A model generated the notes under the pieces. It saw only the letters and a program-made list of their open reading frames with translations, did no database searches and had not been told where the DNA came from. Source: Perkinsus chesapeaki ATCC PRA-425 (Eukaryota > Protista > Perkinsozoa). Taken from it: a stretch of 64,000 nucleotides of DNA. The position numbers were made by a program, and so were the translations under genes. Positions 11,430 through 23,992 of this stretch are shown here, in pieces. The stretch covers positions 11,493-75,492 of the forward strand of contig JAAPAO010000108.1 of NCBI GenBank assembly GCA_013115145.1, given 5' to 3'. Every line of letters starts with the position of its first letter. Positions within the stretch are counted from its first letter, which is position 1.

Positions 11430-13050
11430 GTTATACCTCACCAGTGGCCTCAACCTCGACAGGGTTCGCGATGTTTGCTTTGATGGGGGAGTTCTCCTTT
11501 GACGGTGGCGGCGTAACAGCTGGATCATCACCCAGCACCGCAGAAGGCTGGGAGGCGACGAGACAGGTCGAATAGGCAACCGAGGCCTACCTTAGGCGTC
11601 GGAATCCTGACACTGCGAGGGGTGGCCTCCCTAGCATCAGTGACCGCCTCTTTAGTAGGAACCTTATAGGAGAAAGAGAGTCCGGAGTTTGGCTCGAGAA
11701 GATTCGCAGTCGTTCCCAGTGGTGGAATGTATACATGCAGCCAGCTAGAGTTGTCGGCAAAGGAACTGCTGATTTCAAGGTTAGCAAAATGCTGACCGTC
11801 TTTTGCGCCCACCGGCATTAATCGTGCCCGCTCTAGGAGAGCTAAGCTAAAGGGTGAGAAAGACGGTGATGCCCAGCCCAGCACTGAGCGTTGCAATCAC
11901 TCAAGGAATTATTCAGGCAATAAGGCATTGTCATGGGATACTCGATAATGCTACTAACCAACCCCGAAAGCATGTATCCCATCCCACCGGAGTTTCAACC
12001 AAGCACTTCCCGCTTTGCGCTTCCACTGCCTTTACTTGGATCGGTGTTGGCTGAGCCGCTGGCGTCGAGTTCCTTCTTGCCGACTTCTACGGTCCACCAT
12101 CGCGTACAAGTTGACGAGTCTGCTCACCTTCCCCGTGGACTGCCGTGGTGTGGCCCCCTTCCGGCTGCATGGCGTCTTCTTAGTACTGCTCTTACCCTTC
12201 ACCGCCGAGGCTGCGGACATACTGGCATCACCTCTGATAGGCGTGGCTGCTGGCTTGGGAGCGACAACAACAACCGGTTTGACAGCGACCGCTGGAACCT
12301 GCTAAATTCAGTGCCCTCAAGGCAATGCTTCGATTGCTGCAATACCGAATGTTTTACTGCGCTGAGTGGCTCCTCCTCTTTTTCTTGCACGACCACCTGC
12401 TCGACAGTGGCGGGTACAGGATCCGCTGTAGGAGAGAGGGTGTCTGTTTCACCTATCGGTGTGCCTAGGCTAACTAAGGTTAGCAACAACAGATCTACCT
12501 TCTTGCGTAATATCTTCCGGTCTCTGTACTGCCCCCTCTGGTTCAACTACTGGCTCCTCTACGACCTTATCAAAGAGTTAAAGGATGGACATGCGTTCTA
12601 AGTACCCCATCTAAGTTCGGATGCTCCTCATCGGCTCCTCCTTGGCCAGCAAAAGGAGTGGCCCATTCGTGACTCTGTGACGAAGTACATGACACTTCGA
12701 CCTCCTGAAGGGTATCTTCCAACGCTGAAACACCATCACCAGCTCTCACTTTCTCAGGCGTCCTCCCTTCCTCATCATCATCTCGTGCCAGCAAAGTGGC
12801 CTACACCACAGTCTTCCATATAGACTGCATGCCCGCTCACTTCCTCCGGTTCCTTTGTTTCTGTAATGCCTTGTGGTTCTTCCACTGTAACCTCCTGTTG
12901 CCCCTCGCCTCCTCCTTGTTCAGGTATATCAGCCTCTGCAATGGCCTCCTATACAACAAAGCTTGGCAACGGCTCCCTGCCCCTCGCCTACCTTCCACGT
13001 CCTCACACGCATACCCGAGCGGCTCTCAGCGATCATCTTCATGCGGTGCA
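11430..13050 (-). CDS. Acidic, largely disordered coding region; separate gene or N-terminal extension of XMAP215
   Basis: Chain of GT-AG-joined acidic exons (EAIAEADIPEQGGGEGQQE; LARDDDEEGRTPEK; VVEEPVVEPEG); the last exon can splice in frame into TOG1. Confidence 0.5.
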
Positions 13051-13175
13051 GAAAAGAATCTAAACAGCAATCTACGAACGCAGTTTAGAGGGGCATCTGT
13101 TATTAGAGAGCACCCCCTCAGTGGGTGGGCTACGATCTGAACAAAGCACGCCTTTCTGTTAATATAGCAAGTGGA

Positions 13176-13302
13176 CAGTTAATATAAGGACTAATGTCAG
13201 TTGATATAAGGACTAATGTCAGTTGATATAAGGACTAATGTCAGTTAATATAAGGACTAATGTCAGTTAATATAAGGACTAATGTCAGTTAATATAAGGA
13301 CT
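13176..13302. repeat. 22-bp AT-rich minisatellite, ~5.7 copies
   Basis: Unit GTT(A/G)ATATAAGGACTAATGTCA, period 22, intergenic. Confidence 0.95.
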
Positions 13303-13404
13303 GATATTTGATATTAAGTAGAACACGGTGTGTTTATACCTAAACCATACACCTTGGTCTTCCCTTGAATTTCTCAAATATGTGATGGTTAAAGGTGTAC
13401 GTTT

Positions 13405-13879
13405 CTATTCCTCCTCCATACTACTCTTGTTGCTGTTATTATCATCACTGCTGTCATCATCTCCATTATTAACCGTTGGCTTAGACCGTTCACTCATAAC
13501 AGGTTGCAATGGCGGCCTTCTGGCCTTCTTCTTTATAGTGCTCTCGAAGTTCCTCACCAGCTCCATAACAGAGCTGCCTCTAACACGGTCCTCTCTCTCA
13601 ACAGGTGTACCGCTATGACTGTGTCGGCGCTGCGAGCTGCGCCTTCTCACACCCTCCAGTGAGCTTCTTGGAGTTCTTAAAATATCTTTCAAAGCATCGC
13701 CGCCTAACAACAGACCTCCTCCCAGATGGGCACAGCGAAGAATCCCCACCGACTGGGACAGTGATATTCTCACTACTGCTGTTTGCAGCTCCCGAGGCGT
13801 TCTCGTCCAGCCCAGCCACCGCACCGGCCACAGACATATCCGCTACTGGTGGCTCAGGAGAGGGAGATGGAGTTGTCAT
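13405..13879 (-). CDS. Hypothetical low-complexity protein (spliced)
   Basis: MTTPSPSPEPP... can splice into GLLLGGDALKDILRTPRSSLEG...SSVMELVRNFESTIKKK...SSMEEE*. Confidence 0.5.
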
Positions 13880-14205
13880 CTGTTATTATATACTTCACCA
13901 ACTGCACCACTCCCTATTCACCAGCGGATCATCTAGCCTTATTGAGACGTGTTCCTCAGAGACGTAAAAATGTTCCTAATATTAAAAATACAGAGCAATT
14001 TTTAAAACAATGTTCCTATGCCAGTCAGAAGCATCGAACCCATTCCCGTTAAGAGTTTCTCAGGTTCCTCTATTGCTCGACTCCCTGCTATTAACACTAT
14101 GCAACAAGGCAGCAGGCATTTATCAACATGAAACGTTTGCTGCGCAACAGCTGGGGGCCCACCCCTGCCTCTAGTGGGAAAGCATGGCCGTCGCCGCCGC
14201 CGAGG

Positions 14206-16039
14206 TCACACGGCCCGGTTAGGGTCTGGTCGGTCCGCAGGAAGAACCTTCGGCATTGCTGTGGTCGGTTGGCCGAGTTTACGGGTTTGTATTTCCTGTT
14301 TGAGATCCTCATATTCATCGGGGATCTGAGGAGGGTCGACATATCTTAGCTTGAAGCGTGCATGATACACAAAAGCTCACCTCCGATTGTGTAGGGCCAA
14401 ATAAGTAAGTGAGAGTAATCTCATCAACAGTATCCATCCTTCGGTCGTCCATTATATCCGGATCGATAAAGAAAAACACGGGCATGTCGACTTCCTAAAA
14501 TAACACAAGTCCATACATAGCTGCCGAGTTGAGGGCACTTCATGAGGACCAAGGAGTTGTTCATCAAAGCAGAAGCACTGAATCTTATTAAAATAGAGTC
14601 CAGCCTCCAATGGTATCATATGATAGGTTGACATACCTGAACCATACATGGGAAAGATATGCGATAAGATTGGGAGCTTATCGCAAACAGTTGAAATGAC
14701 AGACCCTCGAAGAAGAGGGTTCAACCAACCAACGAGGTTCACAAAGATGCTGTACAAGGGGCAGATATTCGCTGCGCGGTTCAATCGGAATCTATCACAC
14801 GACTACGGTGGTTGCTGAGGGCGGGGGAGAGCAAGGCTTCTTCTCAGGAACGGCAAGATACTAGCGAGTACGCATGGTCAGCTGACCTATTATAGGCTTA
14901 TTTGTTCTGTTCTTGGCGCGGAAGAACGCCAGCGCAGTTTCACCAGGAGTAACCTGTCCACACAATGAGACACTTGAACCTTTGGTGGCAACTTACATAT
15001 ACCGATTTCTGCTCCGGGTAGAAGTCCCATTTAAGAGTGCTCTGTACAGCACCAGCGAATGTTATCTTAATCACTCTGAGAATGTCGTAAAGTCACGATG
15101 AATGAGAGTGCCTACCTTTTACTAGCTTTCCCTTCCTTAGGCGGAGGCTTGTACTCCTTATGGCCTGTAGTGGCAAACTAAAACACGCCACTCTGCACAA
15201 TGTTGCACAAAACTTGTCTCCCCTGTAGACGTACCCCACCAGTGGACCCTTGCCCAGTAGACTTGCAGTACATGTCGTATAGTGGCACCGCTACGAAACA
15301 CATGCCGAACATGAATACCTTGAAAAAGGCGGAATATCGGGAATCACACAGTCCCCCTTGGGGACCGCGCTTGGAGTGCGCGGATTCATCGTCGCTTAAC
15401 TTCGTCGTTCGGTAGTTGCCAACCTTGGCTACCGAATTTTCGGCACGCCCGACGGACTAGTGGGAAATTTTACTCCGCCCTCCTTCTCGTCGATCTCTGT
15501 TGCTCGTGGAAAAAATTCCAGAGAAGCGTGAATAAGGGAAAGGATGTTTGAGCTATTCCTTTACGTATATATTTATCTACTTCAGTGCAATGCGCCGTAG
15601 GACCCACTAGGCATACCCCCCACAGAGGCACGGTACTTTTTAACAGATCAGTTGTCACGGTGTGAATTCCCCGAAGTCTGAACGTGCTTACCCCGGTAGA
15701 GAGCCAAAGAAAGGTCGTATTTACGCTCTTCGTTCTTTTATCAGTCTCCTTTTCAACCTACCATAAATACCTCTAACCTAGTACGAGCGCCGACCAGACC
15801 TTGCCGTAGAGCCAACTTCCGCTACCCCTATCTGGCGCGTGTTGCCGCCATCGACCAGACCCGTGGATTCGCGACCCGCTAGAGCCGGTTGTGGCGTCGG
15901 AGGCGAAGAACCGATGCTGTTGTGGACAGCAGCCCGTCCTGCCAAAAAGCCTCAATCGAGGCGGCTTCCATCTGTACGACAGAAGAGCCCTCATAACTGG
16001 ATAAGGTGATCTGAGCAAAGAGCGGTATGCTGCACGCAT
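14206..16039 (-). CDS. COX11: Cytochrome c oxidase copper chaperone Cox11/CtaG (multi-exon, mitochondrial presequence)
   Basis: FGMCFVAVPLYDMYCKSTGQG TM motif; YFNKIQCFCFDEQLLGPHE Cu motif; VDMPVFFFIDP; Arg-rich N-terminus MRAAYRSLLRSP. Confidence 0.92.
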
Positions 16040-16229
16040 GCACACACCCACTGTGAATTGAACTTAACACTGTTCAATGAGTGCTGGTAAATTCCTCAGA
16101 TGAAATTGAACATCGTCATTAGGCGGTAACTCACATTACGAAGCCGCTGATATAAACTTAATCAATTTTATGTGAGCTCCATCAACGGTTTTGTAGAGGC
16201 CACAGCATCACCCTCGCCAAGGGGTGGGA

Positions 16230-17520
16230 TGGATGGAGGCTGTAGCACAGGAACAACATACACCGTTATAGACAACTGGCACGGTCAGACGATACAATAC
16301 TAGAGGATTAAGACACGCTCTACTAGGCAATAGGAGCTAAGTGTATTAGAATATAATAAAGATTAGAAGGAGCTAACAGATAGAAAGCACTCTACCACTT
16401 CAACCGTGCGCCACGAAAACGCGTACGGGCAAACAGCGGCAATAAGGAAACGTCCTCAAGAGCACTGTAATGGAGAGGAGCGGTAGAGCATTGGTCCACT
16501 AGAGATGGGCCAGGTGAAGCTGCTTATCACATGAGGACGAGCAGCTTAGACTACAAAAGGACAGATGAGACCCACAGCAGCAACAAGCCATCACCGTCAT
16601 GGTGCTGGCTTGTTGCCGCAGCGGAGAGTAGAATACTTATAGTAATGCAGAGGAATGTAACTACTACGATAAGAACTACGTATGTGAGACCGTGGCCATA
16701 GTACAGAATGCTTTAAGGCTCGATAGGCCAAGAGCCCAGAGAGTGAAGGATATGATGCTACGATGAAACTAATAATTGGTATTAACAATAATAACATTTC
16801 CTACATGAGGACGGCGGCGCCCCACTGACAGAGGGCCTCATCAGGAGTAGAGGAAACACCAATAGGAGGGTCAACCTCTCTAGACCAGCGAACGAGACGC
16901 CGAAAATGGAGCCTTCCAGTCGACGGAGCGGAGCAGCAATTGTAGATGTAATTTTCACAGGAAGACCTCATAGTGAACAGGCGAAGCAGGAGACTCTTTG
17001 ACCTGTGAAGGCCAGAGGTATCTTCTATGTAATAGTATTAACAGGCTTAAATTGGCACCGAGTGGTACGGAATACTCCAGAAGCATCGAGGACGGTATCG
17101 ATACACACCACGTTAGATATCCAAGCATAAGACCAACCCACCAAGACTGACCATATATTCAACAGCTAAGAATAGTTTACTATGAGTAGGGAGAGGCCCT
17201 TCCTTGTGTAGAGAGGGCTTTTATTTACCACCTAGCAACAGTAGTGGCAGTATTAGAGAAGGAGCTGCGATACGACCTCGGTCATTAGACCGCCAACTGC
17301 GCAGGCTGCAGGTTCAGTGATGCTGCTCGTGTTGCCACTGTATTGGGAGGTCTCAAGGGGAAGGCTTATGGATGGACTGTGCCATACCGGGGTCAATATG
17401 GAAAATGTGCCGCCAGCAGCCATCTGGTGATAGTGAGACGCACCAGGATAGCACACTGGCGGTCCAAACAGCGGAGGAACTATCAGATTCAGAACAGACT
17501 AGACAACAGCACTACCAGTA
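16230..17520 (+). CDS. Probable spliced hypothetical gene
   Basis: Short open exon-like segments (KELTDRKHSTTSTVRHENAYG; QQPSGDSETHQDSTLAVQTAEELSDSE); structure unresolved. Confidence 0.3.
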
Positions 17521-17581
17521 GAGTGAAGTGCAGATGGCTAACTTCCCGCCTCAGCCTCAACCCACACAAGGTAGCTGGTGA

Positions 17582-18067
17582 TTAGAAGGCGTATATCCCC
17601 CTAGTGACAGCTTTTGTAGCTGTTTGTCGTTGAAGCTTCTCTGCCTTCTTCTCATTAGGAGCACCATCATAGTCCGCCGTTCTTCCCAATGAGACCGATA
17701 ATAGGTGGTCATCATCGAAAGTGTATTCGATCTGTTGTGGCCGAAAGTGGACGCTAGCTGCATGAGGCCTCGAGCCATCCTCCTCCTCTTCCTCTTCCAT
17801 CTCCTCACACACATCACCATACATGGACGCCACTGTCGAACATAGCGACACCGATGAAGGAGAATGCTTACGAGCAGCAGCTGCTGCTGCCGACGCCGCG
17901 GAATCTGACTTCTTATTGACTCCTACAAGGCAACCTCACCTACCAACTGTCAGCTCGTTTTGGTCCTCATGATTCTCTTTGTTGTCTTCTTCAATGATCG
18001 ATGACTCCTTCTTTAAAATGCTCCTCATCGGCATAATCCTTTTGGTGTTGGTTCGTCCTCTCTTCAT
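17582..18067 (-). CDS. RVxF-cluster gene A: disordered protein with SILK and SVHF motifs
   Basis: Exon 1 MKRGRTNTKRIMPMRSILKKES...; a 39-nt in-frame intron joins to ...ASVHFRPQQIEYTFDDD. Confidence 0.6.
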
Positions 18068-18613
18068 GCGGTAACTGCTGCTGTTGCTGGGGCGGACCGG
18101 CTTATCGGGGAGAGCGGTATGGCTAGACAGAAACCGTATATCGAATCCAATCCCCAAAATGTTAACCTACCATCCACGAATAGCTGGTTTGAAGCAGCCA
18201 AATATACGAGAAAGCATAAATTAAAAATGATAAAATTCGCGCCAAACTGCGGTGGAAAGATATAGCTAGCGGCTGCTACCTAGAAAGGCCACGATGCGAA
18301 TCCGAAGGGAACGAATCCGCTAACTAGAAAAAGGGGACAGATTGCACAAAGACTGCAGAAAATGAAAGCTCGTCTCCAATACTGTGACACGTACAACAAC
18401 TCCTATCCAACAGCGGAACACAAGAGCCTTACAGTGACGGAATCTGACCTGCTATTAAAGAAAATAATGGTATAAACCAGAAGCTTAAGTAAGGTACTCT
18501 GACTACTACACCAACCACATAGTAAAAATAATTCTATAATGGTCTTGCTGCTGCTGCTTGCTGGCGCACTTGTGCGTTCTTAGCGCATCGCAACAAAATA
18601 CTGCTGCTGCTGC

Positions 18614-19349
18614 TTAAGAGCCGTTCACATGATGTGTTCCAAAGGAGGCTATCAGGTCCTTAGGAGCACTGGTAGCGCTTGGTAACCGATGCATGTGGGG
18701 GCGATCTATAAGATTCTCAGTGCTGCTCCTCAACCGATGGGCCACTTCAGTAGGTGGGTTCTCGCTGCCAAATGAGCAGCATGAGACTGACTCTTGAAAA
18801 TGCACTATGTGGTGGGCTTGCATAGACTGGCTTCGTGTCTTCACAGCACTTAGTGATTCTTCAGCCTTCCGAATGGCTATATCGTCTGCCGATGGGAAGT
18901 GTCCTCGTCCCTCTGAAACCAAACAACCTATACCCCCAATAAGTATCCCGCCCCTTACTCCATCGCAGTCTCCTGTTGACCTCCTCCCTAGTGTGCTCGT
19001 GGCCCTGGGCGTCCCGTGCCTTATCAGCTCCGATGCCCTTCGGACCAAAGAACATGTCAAAACAGCCTGGAGTGTAATGATGAGACGCTCCCTTCCCCTC
19101 AGGTGGCTTAGGAGAGCTTCCCTCCGAGGCGCCGGCAGCAGGGCTCTCTGCGTCGGGCACTTTTGGTGGGGAGGATGAAACTGCGGCTGGTGCTGGCTCC
19201 TGCGAACCCATGGCTTGTGCGGTACGAGAGCTCATACAGATAACAGGACTAAGTCCAATGCTGAAGACGGGATCAATCCAAAAACAACAACATGGCAGAC
19301 AAAACGAGACAGTCTCCGTTGCGGCGGTAAACGCCTCCGGAGCATGCAT
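18614..19349 (-). CDS. RVxF-cluster gene B
   Basis: ORF 18861..19349 joins ORF 18614..19060 in frame via a 46-nt gtaagg...ttcag intron; carries HIVHFQESVSCCSF. Confidence 0.55.
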
Positions 19350-19600
19350 CCCCTGCCCCCAGATTTTTTGGTATGTAATGTTAACGGCAGTAATCTTCCC
19401 AAGGCTGCTGCTTGATAGAGACTCGCCTCCTCAACGCAACCAAGACACTTTAATACAGTCAATAGCAGCATACTTCCCCGATTTGATAAAAAATATTTTT
19501 TGTCGGCGGAGCGATGCGCCACTACTACCTGTGAGACAGGCATATACTGAGGAAGTTCGGTAGAGAAAATAGCTTATTAGAATACATCGTGCAATAGCCA

Positions 19601-19989
19601 TCACATCACCACTGCATGCCAGTGAGAACAGCGGCCCCTACTAGGCCACGGTGAAGTTGGAAGGCCACGCCAATGCCCATCATGGAGAGGCTCTAACGTA
19701 TGGAGTGCACGCGGACGAGTGCGACCTGAGAGCCGTAGCGTCTTGGCCGACTCGTAGGTGATCTGATCCGTCACTGGGTTGAAGGACACCACTTTAGCAC
19801 TTCCTGACGAGGAGGACGTACTGGTGTCTGCTGCCTCATCTGAAGAATAACAAACCTCGCAAATTCGATCAGTCCCTCCCAAAAAGTGAACTCCCGTCGC
19901 AACCTACGTTGCATTATAGAGGCTGTCATCGGCTTCATTGATGCCGATTGAGGTAGTTTCAGAGATCTGAGGAAAGAACGACAATGCAT
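19601..19989 (-). CDS. RVxF-cluster gene C
   Basis: MHCRSFLRSLKLPQ...IMQ splices (gtaggt...ttcag, phase 1) to HEAADTSTSSSSGSAKVVSFNPVTDQITY. Confidence 0.55.
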
Positions 19990-20550
19990 CGTACATGGTT
20001 AGCCCACCATAGCAGTCGGGAGAGTACATTTCTTATGAAAACAGGACCTATTTTATAAAAGTCAAGGAACATTGAAGAGACGAAGAAACGTACATAGTGC
20101 AGAATACTTGAGAGCTCGAAAGATAAACGGTAGAACAATTGTAAATCAACTACTGGTAATAAGATACGCTGGCCCACATGGCGACAGCAGCCACCGGCAG
20201 GTGTACTAGTTGAGCCAGTAGTTCCAGTGTTACCTTCTACTGGTATTGCCCTTTCCGCGCAGGACGCGCATTTTGCTAATAACGAATTCAATGCAAAGTC
20301 GCATAGATGAAAGACAAGAAGGCCGATGGGCACTACGCGGCTGAGGAACGCGGGCACTGTGGAGGTGATAGGATGTATGTGACCGTACTGCTGGCCGAGA
20401 ACACATGATAGCAAACTAAACGACAAATGATGGAATGCATAACACAACGCGAAATAGGCGAGAAAAAGGCAACAAATCCGATTTCATAAACGTTGTTTTC
20501 CATGACTGACGGAAACTGTATAATAGGGGAATAACAAATTACAAGTGTAA
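19959..20550 (-). CDS. Possible hypothetical gene inside the cluster
   Basis: 162-aa open frame plus an upstream ORF; contains SSILHYVRFFVSSMFLDF, but the region is T-rich so this may be chance. Confidence 0.3.
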
Positions 20551-20778
20551 GAAGAGCTTTTGCTCGTAAGTGCTTTAAGCCAGTGATGATGATCATGAGT
20601 ATCTTTCAACACTGATTTAAGCTATGAGTTCAAGAAACCGGCCAGCGTACAGCATTTTGCTCCTCGACGGCGCACAAAGCGCCTCAAAACTCGAGAAAGC
20701 GCGCTGGGTGGAAGGCTGAGGTTGATAATGACGAGGATTCCTGGAAAAGTGTGAGTAAGAAATAAGACTAATGACAAC

Positions 20779-21264
20779 CTACCTTCTCGGTAATGGACAT
20801 TTTTTGTCCGCAGCTGCTGAACATTCTTTTTCATAGTATACGACATGAACTACTGGATTGAACCTAACACTTCTGCGTTGTGCACTGGATGAGGTAAATC
20901 TAGTAGTATCTGCGAAATAATGCCTATGCTTTCGCCACCAGAGCCTACTAGACTTACCCGACCTATTGGCTACTTCGGGGCATTCCACGTAGCCAATAGT
21001 GCAAGGTCCCGTCATAGTAGGCGGGAATGGGATTGTTGCCGCAACGGCTCTGAAATATCGGGCGATAGTCAGTTGGCGAGAGCCAGTTGATCGGTACCCC
21101 CGCAATGTCGAGAGATTGCATGCTCGGGGTTGATAGGGAAGATTGGGCGACTTCTTTGGTGCACCCGAGAAGAGCTGTGCCAGTGCCGAACGGACTGATC
21201 TCATTGATCTAGACGGCCAGTTACGGCTCTTCCAAAGTGGAGTGGAAATATGCGTTGAAAGCAT
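20779..21264 (-). CDS. RVxF-cluster gene D (single exon, 161 aa)
   Basis: ATG-started basic Ser/Arg-rich ORF with RRSVRFNPVVHVVYY near the C-terminus. Confidence 0.7.
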   Translation of the reverse strand: MLSTHISTPLWKSRNWPSRSMRSVRSALAQLFSGAPKKSPNLPYQPRACNLSTLRGYRSTGSRQLTIARYFRAVAATIPFPPTMTGPCTIGYVECPEVANRSGKSSRLWWRKHRHYFADTTRFTSSSAQRRSVRFNPVVHVVYYEKECSAAADKKCPLPRR

Positions 21265-21544
21265 TCACGATTTAAAGGATACTAAACTTCCTCAATTGCA
21301 TACTTGAACACGATATAGCTGGGCCATTGAGACTAGAACTGGTCAAAACGAGTACGAGGTAAAACCCACCTAACTGCAAACGGACGGAGGCCAAAGCCCA
21401 GAACAAGCATGAAGGAACACCGATCGGACATAGGCTTACGAGATTATGTTTAACGGACATTAAAAAGAACCCCCGACTGGGCTGGAGTGACAATGTCAGA
21501 ATTGTGGAGCAGGGGGGTGTACTTGTGTTGGATGATCAACTTCA

Positions 21545-22113
21545 TCATCTCAGTATGGCCTCACGACCAGCTCTACTCGCTTTGAATAAGAACCGCTTTC
21601 TAGAAGAAGCGGAATCACGTAATGGTATGGAATAGGCCTTGCACTCCGATACTTTGCTTTTGGGATGATACAACACCAGGTCAACTCTCGAGTAAAATCC
21701 AACTCGCTCCCGTGCTGGCTCCTCACCACAACGAGCGCAAGCCGCACCCTTAGGCAGTTCACTATCGGATACAACTGTAGACGCACTGAGGCTTCGCCGT
21801 GCGCTGACTAAGCAGGAAATAGCATAACTTTCAGATGAGCGGAGCGTACACTTCCAGCAGTCGCTTGGAGGTGAGTCTCGGTCGAACGATCTGAGGGGAA
21901 ATGTCTGAAGCCATCTAAAGAAGCTGCGACGTACCTCGAAGTACCGCGTCTGGGAGAGGCAGTAATGCGTAAAAAATCGGAAAGATCTGGCCGTTTGCAG
22001 TGAGCAGCAGCGTGGCTACGACTCCGATCTGCGGCAAGGAGACGCTTGAAAGCGATGAACATCTGCCTCCAACAGCAGACGGTTGGAGCGAAAGAGTCAT
22101 TATGAGATGACAT
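21545..22113 (-). CDS. RVxF-cluster gene E
   Basis: ORF 21808..22113 joins via a 44-nt gtgtac...cttag intron to ISARRSLSAS...ERVGFYSRVDLVLY...AILR*. Confidence 0.55.
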
Positions 22114-22163
22114 GACCTAGAAGATGGCCCAAGAATAAGTGGGGATAAACAGTAGTGTTTCAA

Positions 22164-22484
22164 ACTAGTATTATATGTTTTAAAGTAATACTATATGCAT
22201 TAAAGTAGTACAATATGCATTAAAGTAGTACTATACACATTAAAGTAGTACTATATGCATTAAAGTAGTACTATATGCATTAAAGTAGTACTATATGCAT
22301 TAAAGTAGTACNNNNNNNNNNNNNNNNNNNNNNNNNNNNNNNNNNNNNNNNNNNNNNNNNNNNNNNNNNNNNNNNNNNNNNNNNNNNNNNNNNNNNNNNN
22401 NNNNNNNNNGCATTAAAGTAGTACTATATGCATTAAAGTAGTACTATATGCATTAAAGTAGTACTATATGCATTAAAGTAGTAT
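22164..22484. repeat. 20-bp minisatellite spanning an assembly gap (N 22312-22409)
   Basis: Unit TAGTACTATATGCATTAAAG on both sides of the N run; true length unknown. Confidence 0.95.
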
Positions 22485-22486
22485 TA

Positions 22487-22635
22487 CAGGGTGTCCCCCA
22501 AAAATGGGCTTTCTGAATAACTTTATCAGGAGGGCGGATATTTCGACAACACGTGTGACGCTCGCACGTGTCGTCGAAATCTTCGTCCTACTGAGAAAGT
22601 AATCCAAAAAAGCACTTTTTTGGGGGGACACCGTG
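22487..22635. mobile_element. 149-bp fold-back MITE, Tc1/mariner-type ends, TA target-site duplication
   Basis: TA|CAGGGTGTCCCCCAAAAA ... TTTTTTGGGGGGACACCGTG|TA; interior arms also inverted (ATTTCGACAACACGTG / CACGTGTCGTCGAAAT). Confidence 0.8.
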
Positions 22636-23094
22636 TATATGCATTGCCAGTAGAAGTCGTTCTGTCAGAGTGAACCGACGGTGACTAAGTTGTAGCTTGA
22701 AAAGTAACTCACTATTTCGGATCATAGTTGGAACTAGTATTGAATAATACCACGGAGACTAGTACCCAATACTTCTCCCACAGACTGACGTCAAAAGGGC
22801 AAAGTGAGTGGCGAGCAACTCGACATTGAGAGTGATGCAAGACAAACTGTAACTGTATCGATGACTCGCAATAATAAGATAGAAAATCCGAGTAACAGGA
22901 AAAATTGAAATAATGAGCACTGCGATGTGCGTAGGTGTAGTAGTAAATACAACAGCAAGATGAAGCGGTTTAAGCGTCTGTGCTATGGGCATATACAAGC
23001 CGGTGACCATGTACAGCTTCACTGGCATCATAATAACAAGTAGTCTGCTTGATAGAGGGGAGAACATGTACTACTTAGAAAATAACAGCTAAGT

Positions 23095-23992
23095 TCACAC
23101 TACAATTCTCATAAATGCGTTATTTCTCAACAGTCTACTGTTAGAAGGGGCGCACAAGCTGGCGAAGTCAGAGAGGCCGCCACTGTAATCGTGACTGTCG
23201 GTGATGATGAGCCGATCGATACTGTGCAGTCTCGAAGGGGCCGTCCGACTTCTTCTGGATGAACGTTCTTTGAAATAATGAGCGACTTCGACTTCAGGGT
23301 TGAATCTTACGGACCGTCGCCGACATGGGGCGGAAATAGGTGACGTTACATCGACCTCTGAAGGCAAGCTTGCGGTACACATAAATATCAATACAATATC
23401 ATTAATATTATATCAAGTATATAATAATATTATAAGTACTGTTAGACGGGTCAAAAAGATTTCTTCTTATAGCATTATAGTGAATCATAGTGGTTTTCAA
23501 AGGCTTGATGAGGTTAAAATTTCAAAATTCTATAGAAAACTTGGTTATAATAGAAGAGGCGCATTCTCGGGGTCGTCCCCCCTGTAGCTACACTAGACAT
23601 GTCATTCACCGCTGCTGCATAAACCTACCTGAAAGCTGACCAACTGGCGACGATGTCACCACTGACTCGACTTTCGCGGTTTTGATGATGCTGCTGTTGT
23701 CACACTGCAATAACAAACGATGTTCAATCTCGTTAGTTCTGGCTCCTGAGCCTGGGAGCCTAACGGGATAAGGAAGGTACCACACAAAGTGCAAGAGCTC
23801 CACTGACCTTCCACGGGAGGCATCCGGTCTAGAAAGATGGCAGCAAGCGTCACTTTCAGAGGGAGGCTTAGACAGAATTTTTGACACTCGATCGTACAGT
23901 CGACGTATAGTTCTACAGAGATAACCTGTAGGAGGCCTTGCCGACCTATGAAAATCATTCATTGTTGTATGCTGGGAATTATTGGAAAACAT
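23095..23992 (-). CDS. RVxF-cluster gene F (spliced)
   Basis: 5' ORF 23606..23992 and 3' ORF 23095..23391 separated by an AT-rich intron-like segment; RRRSVRFNPEVEVAHY. Exact junctions unresolved. Confidence 0.6.

Noticed and set aside
17915-17945. Apparent ~21-nt micro-introns (genes A and E)
   Set aside because: Ordinary 39- and 44-nt GT-AG introns restore the same frames, consistent with the 43-49 nt introns in AP4S1.
22164-22484. CRISPR-like appearance of the tandem repeats (also 13.2 kb and 44 kb)
   Set aside because: Head-to-tail units with no unique spacers, no cas genes, eukaryotic context.
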